Under the pieces are notes generated by a model, which saw nothing but the letters and a program-made list of their open reading frames with translations, was not told where the DNA came from and did not search any database. A stretch of DNA of 63,938 nt, the filler included, from Trichomonas gallinae (taxonomy: Eukaryota): the NCBI GenBank assembly GCA_008369845.1. It is 7 parts of 7 records of this genome, joined end to end, with 100 filler letters (N's around TTAATTAATTAA, not from the genome) between each part and the next. Parts side by side here need not be neighbours in the genome. Positions count along the whole stretch, not along the records: positions 10,930 to 35,889 come from MRSU01001632.1; positions 35,990 to 53,762 come from MRSU01001635.1; 5 more parts are not named here. The stretch is one strand, 5' to 3'. Positions 31,717 to 42,145 of this stretch are shown here, in pieces. A program made the translations under genes and the position numbers. How positions within the stretch are numbered: the first letter of the stretch is position 1; every line of letters begins with the position of its first letter.

Positions 31717-33193
31717 TGGATAATGTCATAACCTTATCAACCGAGTTTTTTGACATGTAAAATTTTACAATATTTTTTTTTTTTTGACTGTTTTGCGAAT
31801 GGTTCATATTTATTCTTGACTGATAATTAACCCTATAACAACTGCAAACTAAAATATTTAGGTGATAAATATTTGATCAGCATTGTTAAATTCATATAAA
31901 TGCGCTTAATTATTTGAAAAAAAATTATTCAAAAAGGATATGCTACAATCATTTTTTCGAATTTCTCTCAATAACCTAAAAAAGTATACAAATTGTTTGG
32001 GAGTTTTCCAATTCTGTAAGCTTAACGTTCAATTTAAATATCGAATCTTGAAAGAAAACGTACGTCTGAAAATCTAGCTAGCATATTCTTGATATTTGTA
32101 ATGAGCTGGATTTGGTAAACAGATTTGGTATTTAGATAATTTTATTTAATATCAAGTCGAACTTGGTGCCGATATTAACATGAAAGTATTTCATCAATCA
32201 CATTTGTTTATCATTATTAATTTTATTTTTCAATTATAGAATTAGCCAAGCCAATATCTCTAATCAAAGTAAATTATTGCGTTTCATATTTTTGAAACAG
32301 GAGTGTGTCTATTCAACTATGAATTTAACATTTTGCCTCCTTTCAATCTCAACGAGTTCTATCAAAATACACAGTTCCAGACAGACTCAAGTTTATCTGT
32401 CATATTTTTATTAACTTTGGCGAAAGCAAAAAATAAGATTCGAAGACTTTGTTGAACCTTACAAATCATTAGGTTGATGTCACCATCTTGACATTTTCGA
32501 TTCTATTGCACACATCGCTGAGTTTGCATTTTCTCAAATTGACCAACCTTTTCCCGAAATCAAACATAATTTACAAAAATGGTCTCAATTCTGATGTTCA
32601 GTCTTAAACACAACAAACATCTACCCATGATATAGATCTTACCCTTAAGATATCTAAGAGGTTCATCAGGGTGTTTTGGAGTTGATAATTCTCAAATCTA
32701 AAAAACAACTCTGGTGATATCATTTTTTTGAATTTGATAATAGTTTCTCTTTGACTTGATAGTTAAGAAGAAAAGAAATTTTCATATATTTTAGTTCAAT
32801 ACAACAGAAATCACTTGATTTTGTCGTTCAATAATTTTCCAAGATAAAATTTTCCAAGATAAAATGGATAATTAATAATTAGATGTAATGAAAATGTGAA
32901 TATAATATTATTTTGTGATGCTATTGACTAATCTTAATTTTATGGAATTTATTATTGTAAAACAAATTAAAATAAATAATGGCTGGTGTTTTGATATTTA
33001 AATATATATAGATTTTAAAATCATATTCGCAAATAAAAATTATATAAGATGCCTATAGGAATTTTGATGATGAATCCAAAGTTTGCAGAAAACCGAAATT
33101 ATAACGGGAAATAGACTTATTTTGGTATAAAACAACGAAAAACACAATCAAAAGGGCAGTTGTTTAAATAAAAATAAAATAAAAAAATTACAA

Positions 33194-34681
33194 ATGAAAG
33201 AAGAAGCAGAAGTTCAAGTAGAGGAGAAGACATCAGTCTTAAGATCAATACTTTTGGCAATCCTCAGCATCATTATTGTGCTGATTTTAAGCTTCATCAT
33301 TGCACAGACGAAAGATAATGAAGAAGTCGACAGATTAGTTGTTTTAGCTCAATTACTTTTAGCTGGCGCTTTAGGTTTATCGGGCTTATTCCTTCTTTTC
33401 ATGAATTTCACTGGCAGCGGACCGTTTTCCCTCAGATTTTTAAGACCGGTACTTTCTCGCTCTTCAGCTTCTGTTTTCTTATCTGGGTTGAAGAAGCAAG
33501 GCATGAAAATCAAAAATTTAGCAGCTGTTTCGAATATTAACAAATCCAAGTCAATTACATTCGACGAATCAATCTCTTTAGAACAATCCGCTGTCATTGC
33601 TGCAGGCCTCTTCGCAGATGACGCTGCAATTGACATGTACGAAATCAAGGGACAAAAAGTTTACATCGATGATAACAAAATCGACACTCCAAACAATATT
33701 CATATATTAGCAAACGTTTTAAATAATAGCAAGAAACAATTCGCGGCTTTTTCAAAGTCAATTGATGAATTTTACAAGAATTTCGGTGACAAACAAACCT
33801 ACAAAGGAATTACAGCTCGTCCAATTGTAGAAGTCATCGAAGAAAGAAAGCTTCTTTTCCCTATTCTCAACAAACTCAAGTATGTTCACGAAAATGCAAT
33901 TCAAAATTGCCGTTATGCCATTGCTATGGTTCATGATGATGGCCGTCTTTTCGGCTTCGTCGAGATACAGCTCTCCATGGACGGACTTGTCATTGCAAAC
34001 AATCAAGTTATCCTTAGAACATCACTCGACCCACAAACAGAGGAGATGATTGCAAAGAGACTCCGTGTTTCTAATGAGCAGGCCCAGTTACCAACACTCG
34101 CAGTCAGAAATGGCGTCGTTAACTTCAGGACAGAAAAACAAGATGAATATGTTGCAACAATCGAAAATCCACAGCTCTGCCTTCAGCTCCGCCCAAGCAC
34201 ACTCAAAGAGACACGCTACGGCTGGTTTATTGTCTTCCCATTCATCATTTGCTGTTTAACTGCAGCTTACGGACTTTTCAGCGTCTACAACGAAGACGAG
34301 AAGCTCCTTTACTCTCTCGTTTTCATTGCGCCAGCTTTGTATGCTGTCCTTCGCGGTGGCTTCCTCTCAGGATTCCGTCTTCCGATTTATGCAGTTTTAA
34401 TTTCAGTTGTTTGTGGAATTCCGTTTTGCTTCTTCATTTCGAAGTGGCTCGCTGAGCAGGCCATCCTCGGCACGGAGAAGGCCTTCTACATCATCATCGC
34501 TGCTTGCGCGATTCTTGATGTTCCATTCCTCAATCTTTTCACGGGAATCCTTTGTTTCTGCAAGCACGCTATCAACTTCAATGATGAGGATGGCATCGAG
34601 CATGTTGCCTGCCTCCTCGCTTCCACTGCTGCCTACGTTGTTTTAATTGCTTTACTCATCATTGTCAAAAGGACAAAATGA
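33194..34681 (+). CDS. Multi-pass membrane protein with weak P-type ATPase-like remnants
   Basis: 2 N-terminal TMs, a soluble middle and about 5-6 C-terminal TMs. GMKIKNLAAVSNINKSKSITFDES resembles the segment preceding DKTGT. The CDS is solid; the family call is weak. Confidence 0.7.
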   Translation: MKEEAEVQVEEKTSVLRSILLAILSIIIVLILSFIIAQTKDNEEVDRLVVLAQLLLAGALGLSGLFLLFMNFTGSGPFSLRFLRPVLSRSSASVFLSGLKKQGMKIKNLAAVSNINKSKSITFDESISLEQSAVIAAGLFADDAAIDMYEIKGQKVYIDDNKIDTPNNIHILANVLNNSKKQFAAFSKSIDEFYKNFGDKQTYKGITARPIVEVIEERKLLFPILNKLKYVHENAIQNCRYAIAMVHDDGRLFGFVEIQLSMDGLVIANNQVILRTSLDPQTEEMIAKRLRVSNEQAQLPTLAVRNGVVNFRTEKQDEYVATIENPQLCLQLRPSTLKETRYGWFIVFPFIICCLTAAYGLFSVYNEDEKLLYSLVFIAPALYAVLRGGFLSGFRLPIYAVLISVVCGIPFCFFISKWLAEQAILGTEKAFYIIIAACAILDVPFLNLFTGILCFCKHAINFNDEDGIEHVACLLASTAAYVVLIALLIIVKRTK

Positions 34682-35098
34682 GGAACCCTTATTCAAATAG
34701 ATATCATTATTCATACAATACACAAATTAAAAGTCTTTTTTAAAACATGATATTATTATTTATTTTTCTTTTCTTTTTATTGTTAAAAATTTGATACAAC
34801 ATTGACATTATTATGACAAGTAAATTTAGAATTTTATATTGAAATGAGCTGTAGCTAAAATATATTATCAGCAAAAAATAATTCTCAAAAGAAAAGACTG
34901 AGAAATCAGCATTACAATTTTTATCTATAGATCAATATCAAACAAGTGTTATTATGTTATATTTTCAAAAAATATGTAATTTGAAAATATATTATATAGT
35001 TACATGCTATTTCATGTATAACTATGTAAAGAAAGGTATTTGTATGGTTTTGACGTATACATAACATTTTATTGCACAATAATATTGAGAGAATTGTC

Positions 35099-35536
35099 TT
35101 ATTTTCTTGATTTTGAACTACTGCGTGAATTCTTGTTGATTTCTTCCTCAACCTTCAATGCAGCTTGGCGAAGGCGGAGGAACCAAATATCATTCTGAGA
35201 TCTTGGAATAAATTCTGTATCGCGTTCGGCTTCTTTTTGGAGGATTTGAGCAATGAAGTAAACTGCGTTCTGCTGTTTTTTGTTATATTGAATTGCATTT
35301 GCCCAAATTCTTAGAAGATCCTCTTTCCATTCTTTGCACGTCTGATATTTGTTATTCATGAGGTTATCATGGAGAGTTTTAAGATCCATAGGATTTCTAA
35401 TCATTTTGTAATAATCAACAGCGTGATCGCGTAATTCATCGACTGGATTTGAAAAAGGATTAGCGAGGTCGTGATTTAAGTATTTGTTTGTGATTTCCTC
35501 ACAATATTGGCGCTCGAACTTATTCATCTTGCTCAT
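35099..35536 (-). CDS. Single bromodomain protein
   Basis: PFSNPVD, DYYKMIRNPMDLKTL and DLLRIWANAIQYN motifs; Inr-like GTCACTTTT at 35553-35561 (minus). Confidence 0.93.
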   Translation of the reverse strand: MSKMNKFERQYCEEITNKYLNHDLANPFSNPVDELRDHAVDYYKMIRNPMDLKTLHDNLMNNKYQTCKEWKEDLLRIWANAIQYNKKQQNAVYFIAQILQKEAERDTEFIPRSQNDIWFLRLRQAALKVEEEINKNSRSSSKSRK

Positions 35537-35816
35537 GATGCAAAATTACTTGAAAAGTGACTTCAAAAATAATTGCAGGGGGTGAATCCAGAAAAAACTA
35601 ATTGATTTTTCAGATTTGAACAGGTGAAGTTTTGAAAATAAACATCATATCTCTTGCTGATTTGAAATTTCAAGACTGAATCAAAAAATAAATGAAATTT
35701 GTTTGATGATTTCGAATTTATGACTTCTAATTAGTTTCATTATGTTTTATAGGACTATGATATTATATATTATGCATTTGAAAAGATTTGAAACATTTTA
35801 AAAAAAATCAAAAAAG

Positions 35817-35889
35817 TGTTTCGGGCGGGGCTCGAACCCGCGACCATCTGCTTATAAGACAAATGTGCTAACCGGCTGCACCACCGAAA
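35817..35889 (-). tRNA. tRNA-Ile (TAT), intronless; first base lost in the gap
   Basis: Minus strand: (G)TTTCGG TG GTGC-AGCCGGTTA-GCAC A TTTGT-CTTATAA-GCAGA TGGTC GCGGG-TTCGAGC-CCCGC CCGAAAC A, then oligo-T. Confidence 0.88.
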
Positions 35890-35989
35890 NNNNNNNNNNN
35901 NNNNNNNNNNNNNNNNNNNNNNNNNNNNNNNNNTTAATTAATTAANNNNNNNNNNNNNNNNNNNNNNNNNNNNNNNNNNNNNNNNNNNN
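35890..35989. other. Artificial scaffold spacer
   Basis: N-run + TTAATTAATTAA + N-run. Confidence 0.98.
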
Positions 35990-36251
35990 TATGCCCTGTG
36001 CTGTAGCATTTATCTGTGTATACCACTCAGACTTCAAAGTTTTATATTTATCATAAAACTTATCCATCAGAGCAAGAAAAATTATGATTATTAAATGATG
36101 CTATAATACAGCAATAATGTATAAAATCATATTGTTCGATATCTAAAACTTCAAATTTATTTAATCAAATTAACAATTTAGATAAAAACGCATTAGTATA
36201 TAACAAACATAAAAATTTTTACAAACAAAAAAATTATATATAAAAACAACA

Positions 36252-39206
36252 TTAGAGGAATGAATTAGATTTGTGCATTGGTCTAACGATCATATTCAGC
36301 TTTGATTCAACACGTGATTGTTTCTTTGATGAAAAGGACTTTGTATTTTCTGATATCTTCTTCACTTCTTTTGAAGGATCATTTGCAATAATATCTTCAA
36401 TGAGTGGATCTATTAATACAGCGTTTTCCTTCTCAGGCTCTCTTCTTTCGACTTCATCCAAGCTCTGAACTTGATACTCCCTTGCGCTTCCACCACTATA
36501 ATAGCTGGAAATCATTTCGAATGCGGCATCCCAGTCTATTGATCCCTCAGATGGCGAACGCTGCTTTTCTGGCTCGATCTGGCCTAGAGCCTTCTTTAGA
36601 GATGCAGTTGACAGCATTGATTTCATTGATCTCATTGACCCATTCCCTCCAACGAGTTTCCTTGATGATCTCAGTTCAGCCATGTTCAATATTGACTCTC
36701 TGTGTCTGAGAGACCTCGACGAAACCTGAAGGCCAGAGCCATTGGAGTTGACTGATCTTGCAGTCATTAGTGATTGCTGCATCCTGAATCCTTCCGTTCT
36801 TTCTGCGATTTGGTATTTTTCTATCTCCCTGATGTCCTGCCTTGTAAATGTTTGCGGATCTTCTAAGTTCCATGTTGACGTTCGCGTGAATGCGCCGATT
36901 GGCTCGAAGTTCTCAGTCTCCCACAATCTCATAGTGAAATCGCCGCCTATTGTCAGCAAGTATGGCTCTCTTGGAATGAACATCAGCTGCGTAACTTCGC
37001 TCTCATGGCATCTAAAAACTTTTACTGGGGCCATCGACACAATTTCTTGTCCTTCGCGAATTATCTTGAACACTGTGACGTATCCGTTGGAATCACCGCT
37101 GACAATTGTGTCTTCCTGGCCTGCTATAGCAGTCAGCTGGCAGGCGATTTGGAACGGCATGCCTTTGATGATGAGCAAATGTTCCATGTGTGGGAGCGAG
37201 AGAACGCTGATGTTTCCATCTTCGCATTGAACGAACAATAAATCATCGCAGATGCAAATGTTATCGACATCACTTTCTACATTTTGCTTGCGAGGATTCT
37301 CGTTGGGATCAAGTGGCCACATGATGATTTCTCCACCAGTTGCACCTGTGACAACAACGCCGAGTTTCGATGAAGCTTCGATGCACGTGATATTCTTCGT
37401 GTGGCCTTCGAGCCTCGACAAGAAAGTGAACACGCCTGGAAGAGTTTCGACTAAAATGACACCGAGCTTGTTAGTCGTGGCATATACTAGGAACATTCTA
37501 ACACCGAATGTGAAAAATCTCATTCCGACTAAATTTCCTGGCTCTTTTCTTTCTATAGTTGTCAATATTGATCCGCTCGATAAGTTCCAAACATCGATGT
37601 TTCCATGCTGTGATGTAGTGAACAGTCTCCTTCCTCGCGCATCTATGCAGACGCACTTGAGACCGCTGACATCTAGTCTTAGACCGTAATCGTTGACGCC
37701 TGTCTTGTAATCGAAGGTGTTTATCACACCTCTGACGTCCGTGGAAACAATCTTCGAGAAATCTTCTGAGAAGAAGCAGCCGCAAACGGAGAACCTGTGC
37801 ACGACGTTGTCAACGACAACCTTCGCTTGAACAGATCTCCATAAAACAGGGAATCTCGCGCCGAGTAAAATTACGTGCCTTTCTTCATCAACTGCCATCG
37901 ATCCAAACTTCTCAGCGTAATCGCTCTCGTAGATGCCCTGTGGTAAAAATGTCTGGCCGCTGAACATCCTCACATCTCCATTCTGAGAAACGGCAGCCAT
38001 GTAGTGTTGGTTGTGGTCGTGGTCGAAATTGACGCTTTTGATTGGCATGTCGTAGTTCAGGGAAATCGTCATTGTTCTCTTTGGTGGCTTCGTTGACCAG
38101 ACTGTTGGAGGAGACTGCTTCATGCAAATAACTATGCTGTGCTGGTGCTCAAAGTAGCAGAATGAAACAACTGGGTTGATTTCGTTGAAAACTCTCAAAA
38201 TTGTGATGTTGTTGTTATCGATCTGAATAAATTTGATTGTTTTATCGAGAGATGCTGTGGCATATACTTCTAAGTCATCTAGACACTTGACTTCCGTAAT
38301 TGCTGCTCCATGAATCTCTTTGTGTGATATCAAATTAATAGAATAATCTTGACCATCTCTTCTTTGAGGAGTTGTCAGTGCGAAATATGACAAAACACCG
38401 CAATCATCAGCAACAATCATGTCAAAGAAATATGGGCGCTTTGGCACGTAAATTGCTTCGATCATTATTGTTGGACAATTATATAATGGCAAGTCTGGTC
38501 CTTGTAGTGCAGAAAGAAGTCTTTTGGAGTCATCATAATTCATGTGTTTGATTGACGTGGCTGTTGGTGAAGCGCCAACTGATACTGGTAATAAAGTGTA
38601 ATTTGAAACATTGTAAAATATAATTCTGCGTGTGGAAAGAGCAACAGCCATGATCTGAGATTTCCTAAATACCATAAACGCACAAAAATTTGCAGAATTT
38701 TTCAAAAAATAATCTAATTCGAGTGGTTCTGTTTTCCAAAATTTGATTGCATCGTAACTCAAAGTGATATAACGCTGTACCCAAGGTATGGAGTCGATTT
38801 GAGTAATGATTCCTCGGTGACATTCTTGACGAACTGTTATTGGAATTTCGACTTTTTCGATTATTTTATCATTCGCGTTTTTAATTTTCTCTGGTGGTGA
38901 TGTTTCGCATATCATATACATCGCTAGATCAGGCCATTCGATATATCCTTTGCTATTCGCATCGACTTTATTAAAATACTCTATAAATTCATTAGGTGTC
39001 AATTTTCCGTTATGTATATAAGCATTCAGTCCCGAATCAATCCATTTTTTAAGAGATAATGTACGTTTTTCTCCGGAAGCTCTGTAAAACGCCCTTTTTA
39101 AGTTCTTTAAGAACTTCTCCGGGTTCTTGTCGACAATTGGCTCGACGCCTCGTCGCAGTTTTATATTTGTTGGTGGCCTCGATAAAAATTTTGTTTCTTC
39201 TTCCAT
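36252..39206 (-). CDS. EF-hand + WD40-repeat protein (WDR49/EFCAB8-like architecture)
   Basis: N-terminal FNKVDANSKGYIEWPDL EF-hand; multiple WD repeats (ATASLDKTIKF, LEGHTKNITC, HESEVTQL...TIGGDFTMRLWE). Confidence 0.85.
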   Translation of the reverse strand: MEEETKFLSRPPTNIKLRRGVEPIVDKNPEKFLKNLKRAFYRASGEKRTLSLKKWIDSGLNAYIHNGKLTPNEFIEYFNKVDANSKGYIEWPDLAMYMICETSPPEKIKNANDKIIEKVEIPITVRQECHRGIITQIDSIPWVQRYITLSYDAIKFWKTEPLELDYFLKNSANFCAFMVFRKSQIMAVALSTRRIIFYNVSNYTLLPVSVGASPTATSIKHMNYDDSKRLLSALQGPDLPLYNCPTIMIEAIYVPKRPYFFDMIVADDCGVLSYFALTTPQRRDGQDYSINLISHKEIHGAAITEVKCLDDLEVYATASLDKTIKFIQIDNNNITILRVFNEINPVVSFCYFEHQHSIVICMKQSPPTVWSTKPPKRTMTISLNYDMPIKSVNFDHDHNQHYMAAVSQNGDVRMFSGQTFLPQGIYESDYAEKFGSMAVDEERHVILLGARFPVLWRSVQAKVVVDNVVHRFSVCGCFFSEDFSKIVSTDVRGVINTFDYKTGVNDYGLRLDVSGLKCVCIDARGRRLFTTSQHGNIDVWNLSSGSILTTIERKEPGNLVGMRFFTFGVRMFLVYATTNKLGVILVETLPGVFTFLSRLEGHTKNITCIEASSKLGVVVTGATGGEIIMWPLDPNENPRKQNVESDVDNICICDDLLFVQCEDGNISVLSLPHMEHLLIIKGMPFQIACQLTAIAGQEDTIVSGDSNGYVTVFKIIREGQEIVSMAPVKVFRCHESEVTQLMFIPREPYLLTIGGDFTMRLWETENFEPIGAFTRTSTWNLEDPQTFTRQDIREIEKYQIAERTEGFRMQQSLMTARSVNSNGSGLQVSSRSLRHRESILNMAELRSSRKLVGGNGSMRSMKSMLSTASLKKALGQIEPEKQRSPSEGSIDWDAAFEMISSYYSGGSAREYQVQSLDEVERREPEKENAVLIDPLIEDIIANDPSKEVKKISENTKSFSSKKQSRVESKLNMIVRPMHKSNSFL

Positions 39207-39397
39207 AAATTTTTTGCACGTTAATAAATTTTATAAATCAGGGGGGACCCTAATTATTCATTTTCAAAAAAATAGGGGGCCCCTAAATAATTAATGTTTT
39301 CGAAAGTAGGGGGGACCCTAATTAAGAAAAAATTTTGCACGTTAATTAATTTTAAACTTAGGGGGGACCCTTGTTATAAAAGTGACAGTTGTAAAAC
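39207..39397. promoter_or_regulatory. Compact bidirectional promoter with 4x GGGGG(G)(A/C)CCCT and 2x TTTTGCACGTTAAT
   Basis: G-boxes at 39240, 39273, 39307 and 39359; TTTTGCACGTTAAT at 39212 and 39333; AAAAGTGAC at 39378; lies between divergent ATGs 191 nt apart. Confidence 0.65.
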
Positions 39398-40315
39398 ATG
39401 GAGGAGAAAATTATGAAAATGGCTATGAGCTCATCGATGTATGAGAACCAATTCAAGCAGGGTGATGCTCTTCTCAAGCTTAACAAGCCAGATGCCGCAT
39501 TACAAAAGTTCAAAAGCGTTTGTGAAAATTTAGAAGCTTTAATGAGATCAAATCCATCTGCTCATGTTGAATCACACTTGATTCCGATGTCTCTTACTAA
39601 AATGTCTGATATTTACAAAGAGCGCCAAGATATTAACAAGGCTCTCGCATTAATGCAAAATGCACGCCACTTCCTTGAATATATGTGTGCAAATAAGCCA
39701 AACCGCGACAACGAAGACTCCGATGAAGCAGGTGAAACAGAACATTACACACTTGGCGCATTATTCGTTGAAATGCACAAAGCTTTCAACATGGAAGATG
39801 CTCCTCCAAAGCCAGACGCAGAGGAAATTACGAAGATGTTCCTTGAAGCTAAGAAGAAACACGACGAAGAAGTCGCTCGCCAAAATATCGAAAAACTCAA
39901 AGCATTAAACGAAGCACGCAAAGAAAAACTGAGGAATTCCAGATGGGCTAGATTCGTTGAATTCGTTAACGACCATCCAATCGCTTTTGCTATTGGATTC
40001 GTTGCATTTTTGAATGTATTCCTCGTTATCTCTATTTTAATGTTCTCATTCGAGCACCCAGAGTCACCATTCCAACAGAAGCATACTAAATACGAAAAGA
40101 ACCTGCCACCTGAGTTAAAGAATGGAAATCCTCAACAACAACATAAACACGCAGAAACTCATAAGAATGATAAAGAAAGTGCAGAAAGATCTAAAGCAGA
40201 ACAAGAAAAGTTACGAAAGATGATGGAAGATTTAAGTAAATATGTGGATGACGATAGCATGCCTAATCCGTTTGCAGAGAATCCAGCTGATGAACAAGCT
40301 AAGCAAGAACTTTAA
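39398..40315 (+). CDS. Single-pass membrane protein with N-terminal TPR-like helices and coiled coil
   Basis: 305-aa ORF; TM IAFAIGFVAFLNVFLVISILMFSF; strong codon bias. Confidence 0.8.
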   Translation: MEEKIMKMAMSSSMYENQFKQGDALLKLNKPDAALQKFKSVCENLEALMRSNPSAHVESHLIPMSLTKMSDIYKERQDINKALALMQNARHFLEYMCANKPNRDNEDSDEAGETEHYTLGALFVEMHKAFNMEDAPPKPDAEEITKMFLEAKKKHDEEVARQNIEKLKALNEARKEKLRNSRWARFVEFVNDHPIAFAIGFVAFLNVFLVISILMFSFEHPESPFQQKHTKYEKNLPPELKNGNPQQQHKHAETHKNDKESAERSKAEQEKLRKMMEDLSKYVDDDSMPNPFAENPADEQAKQEL

Positions 40316-40659
40316 AATTTTGCTTGAAAATAGATATAATTTTGTAATTACCAAATTTGAATAAAAAAAATATTTGCTAAATTCCAATAATGCTCAAGAT
40401 ATACATCTTAATTTTTTACAAACATGTTTACAAATACATTGTTGGTTGATTTTATTATTAATCAAAATTTAAAATTAAAAATAAAAATATTTTGGGATAT
40501 TTATCACTAGATTATGAGATAGTTTCTAAAATCAAATTTTGTTTTTTATTTAGAATTTGAAAAATTATAAAATCAAATGAAAAATAGAAGAAATTAAAAA
40601 TAAAAATAATTTTTTGATGAATTTTGAAACGTTTATATCGTCGTTTAGTAAATTTTAGA

Positions 40660-41556
40660 ATGAATTCTAGTGAAAATACGGAGAAAAAAGCGCGTTTGGC
40701 GCCTTTGAGGAAATATGTAGCACAAACGGGTGCGGAATATCATATCCAAGCTCTTTTTGCTAAAGAAATTGTCGAAGAAGCATATAAATCAAACAAAAAA
40801 CGCTTACAAACAACATTCACATACGATGATACTGTCGCATATGCAGTAGCAAACAGAATAGTTGAGAATTTTCTTAAAAAAAATCCACAATTAAAATTAA
40901 CACAAGAAACATTGCAAATAGAAAAGAATGGTAAAGAATTTAAGTTCTCATCTCGAGGATCACTACGAAACTTACAGTTAAAGCATGATTTCATCGTCGT
41001 TCAAGAGCTTCTTCGTTGGAATGATAGTATTAAAGAAGATAGACTCAGAAGAATAGAACAGGCAGAGCAAGAAAGGCTCGAAGAAGAACAGAGACGCAAA
41101 GAAGCTGAAGAAGAAGAACAAAGACAGAAACAATTGGAGCTTGAACGCGCATGGAGAGAAAAACAGAAAGAACAAGAGCGAATTACACAAGAACAGGCAG
41201 AAGAAGATGTTTATGAACAAGAAGAGGAAGAAAAACCGGAAAGAAAGAATATTGTTAAAATTATTACAGATCGCGACGCTTCTCTTCGCGATGCAAGCTC
41301 TGTACCAGGTCCGACAATCAGAATCGTCCAAAAGAAGGCAGCATCGCTTCTCCCAGACGGTTCTAGGTCTCCACCACATTCTCGCGGCCCTCGCTCGCCT
41401 GGCGCGAAATCTGTTATGCAAATATCATATCCGGCTGGCTCTGTTATCGGATCAAGAGGTCCTGGAGAAGCTCGTTCTGTCGGTTCTATGGGAATGAGAA
41501 GGCGAAATCCTATTCGCAGTGAAAATGCTTCTATTCGTTCAGATAATATCCAGTAA
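40660..41556 (+). CDS. Hypothetical protein with E/R/Q-rich coiled coil
   Basis: First ATG at 40660; charged helical centre and S/P/R-rich tail. Confidence 0.75.
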   Translation: MNSSENTEKKARLAPLRKYVAQTGAEYHIQALFAKEIVEEAYKSNKKRLQTTFTYDDTVAYAVANRIVENFLKKNPQLKLTQETLQIEKNGKEFKFSSRGSLRNLQLKHDFIVVQELLRWNDSIKEDRLRRIEQAEQERLEEEQRRKEAEEEEQRQKQLELERAWREKQKEQERITQEQAEEDVYEQEEEEKPERKNIVKIITDRDASLRDASSVPGPTIRIVQKKAASLLPDGSRSPPHSRGPRSPGAKSVMQISYPAGSVIGSRGPGEARSVGSMGMRRRNPIRSENASIRSDNIQ

Positions 41557-42145
41557 TTATATTTGTATCTTGTTTTACATAAATATTTGTGTTTTATAAT
41601 GATATTATTGAAATTTCACCATTTTATCAAATCAAATTTTGCAAATGATTTTGCATCCATATGTTTATGTTACCAATTTTAATCTAAAATGATCATTTAG
41701 CCATGTATTCGATAGAAAATGACTCCAAAATTGTTGATACGATTGAAAAAAAATTTTGATTTCAAAAAATGCAAAATTAACTTTAAAGCACCAAGTTTTA
41801 TCATATTATCAGCAATTTCCCAACATGTCTGTTCATTATTGCATAAATATTCTCAACTTTGCATAAAAATGTTAATATCAGCTAATTTTCTAATGTTTGA
41901 ATCATCGAAATTTGTAGGTATTGGCTATATTTATGTTAGTTTCATATAAAGACTTGTTTTGGAAATTAATTTCTGCAAATTTGAAAATATTTGTTTTCTT
42001 TCAAATATATCTCATATATCATCAATTATTACATTAAATGAATGAATTTCAACTGTGTAACTTGAGAAATTTTGTTATTAAAAAAATATCTTATAAAATT
42101 TAGAATCAAAACAACAAATTTATTAATTAACAGTATAAAATATCA

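Noticed and set aside
32330..32720. Coding-like composition (IFDSIAHIAEFAFSQIDQPFPEIK...) with several stops
   Set aside because: Possibly a decayed pseudogene, but no family is recognisable by eye.
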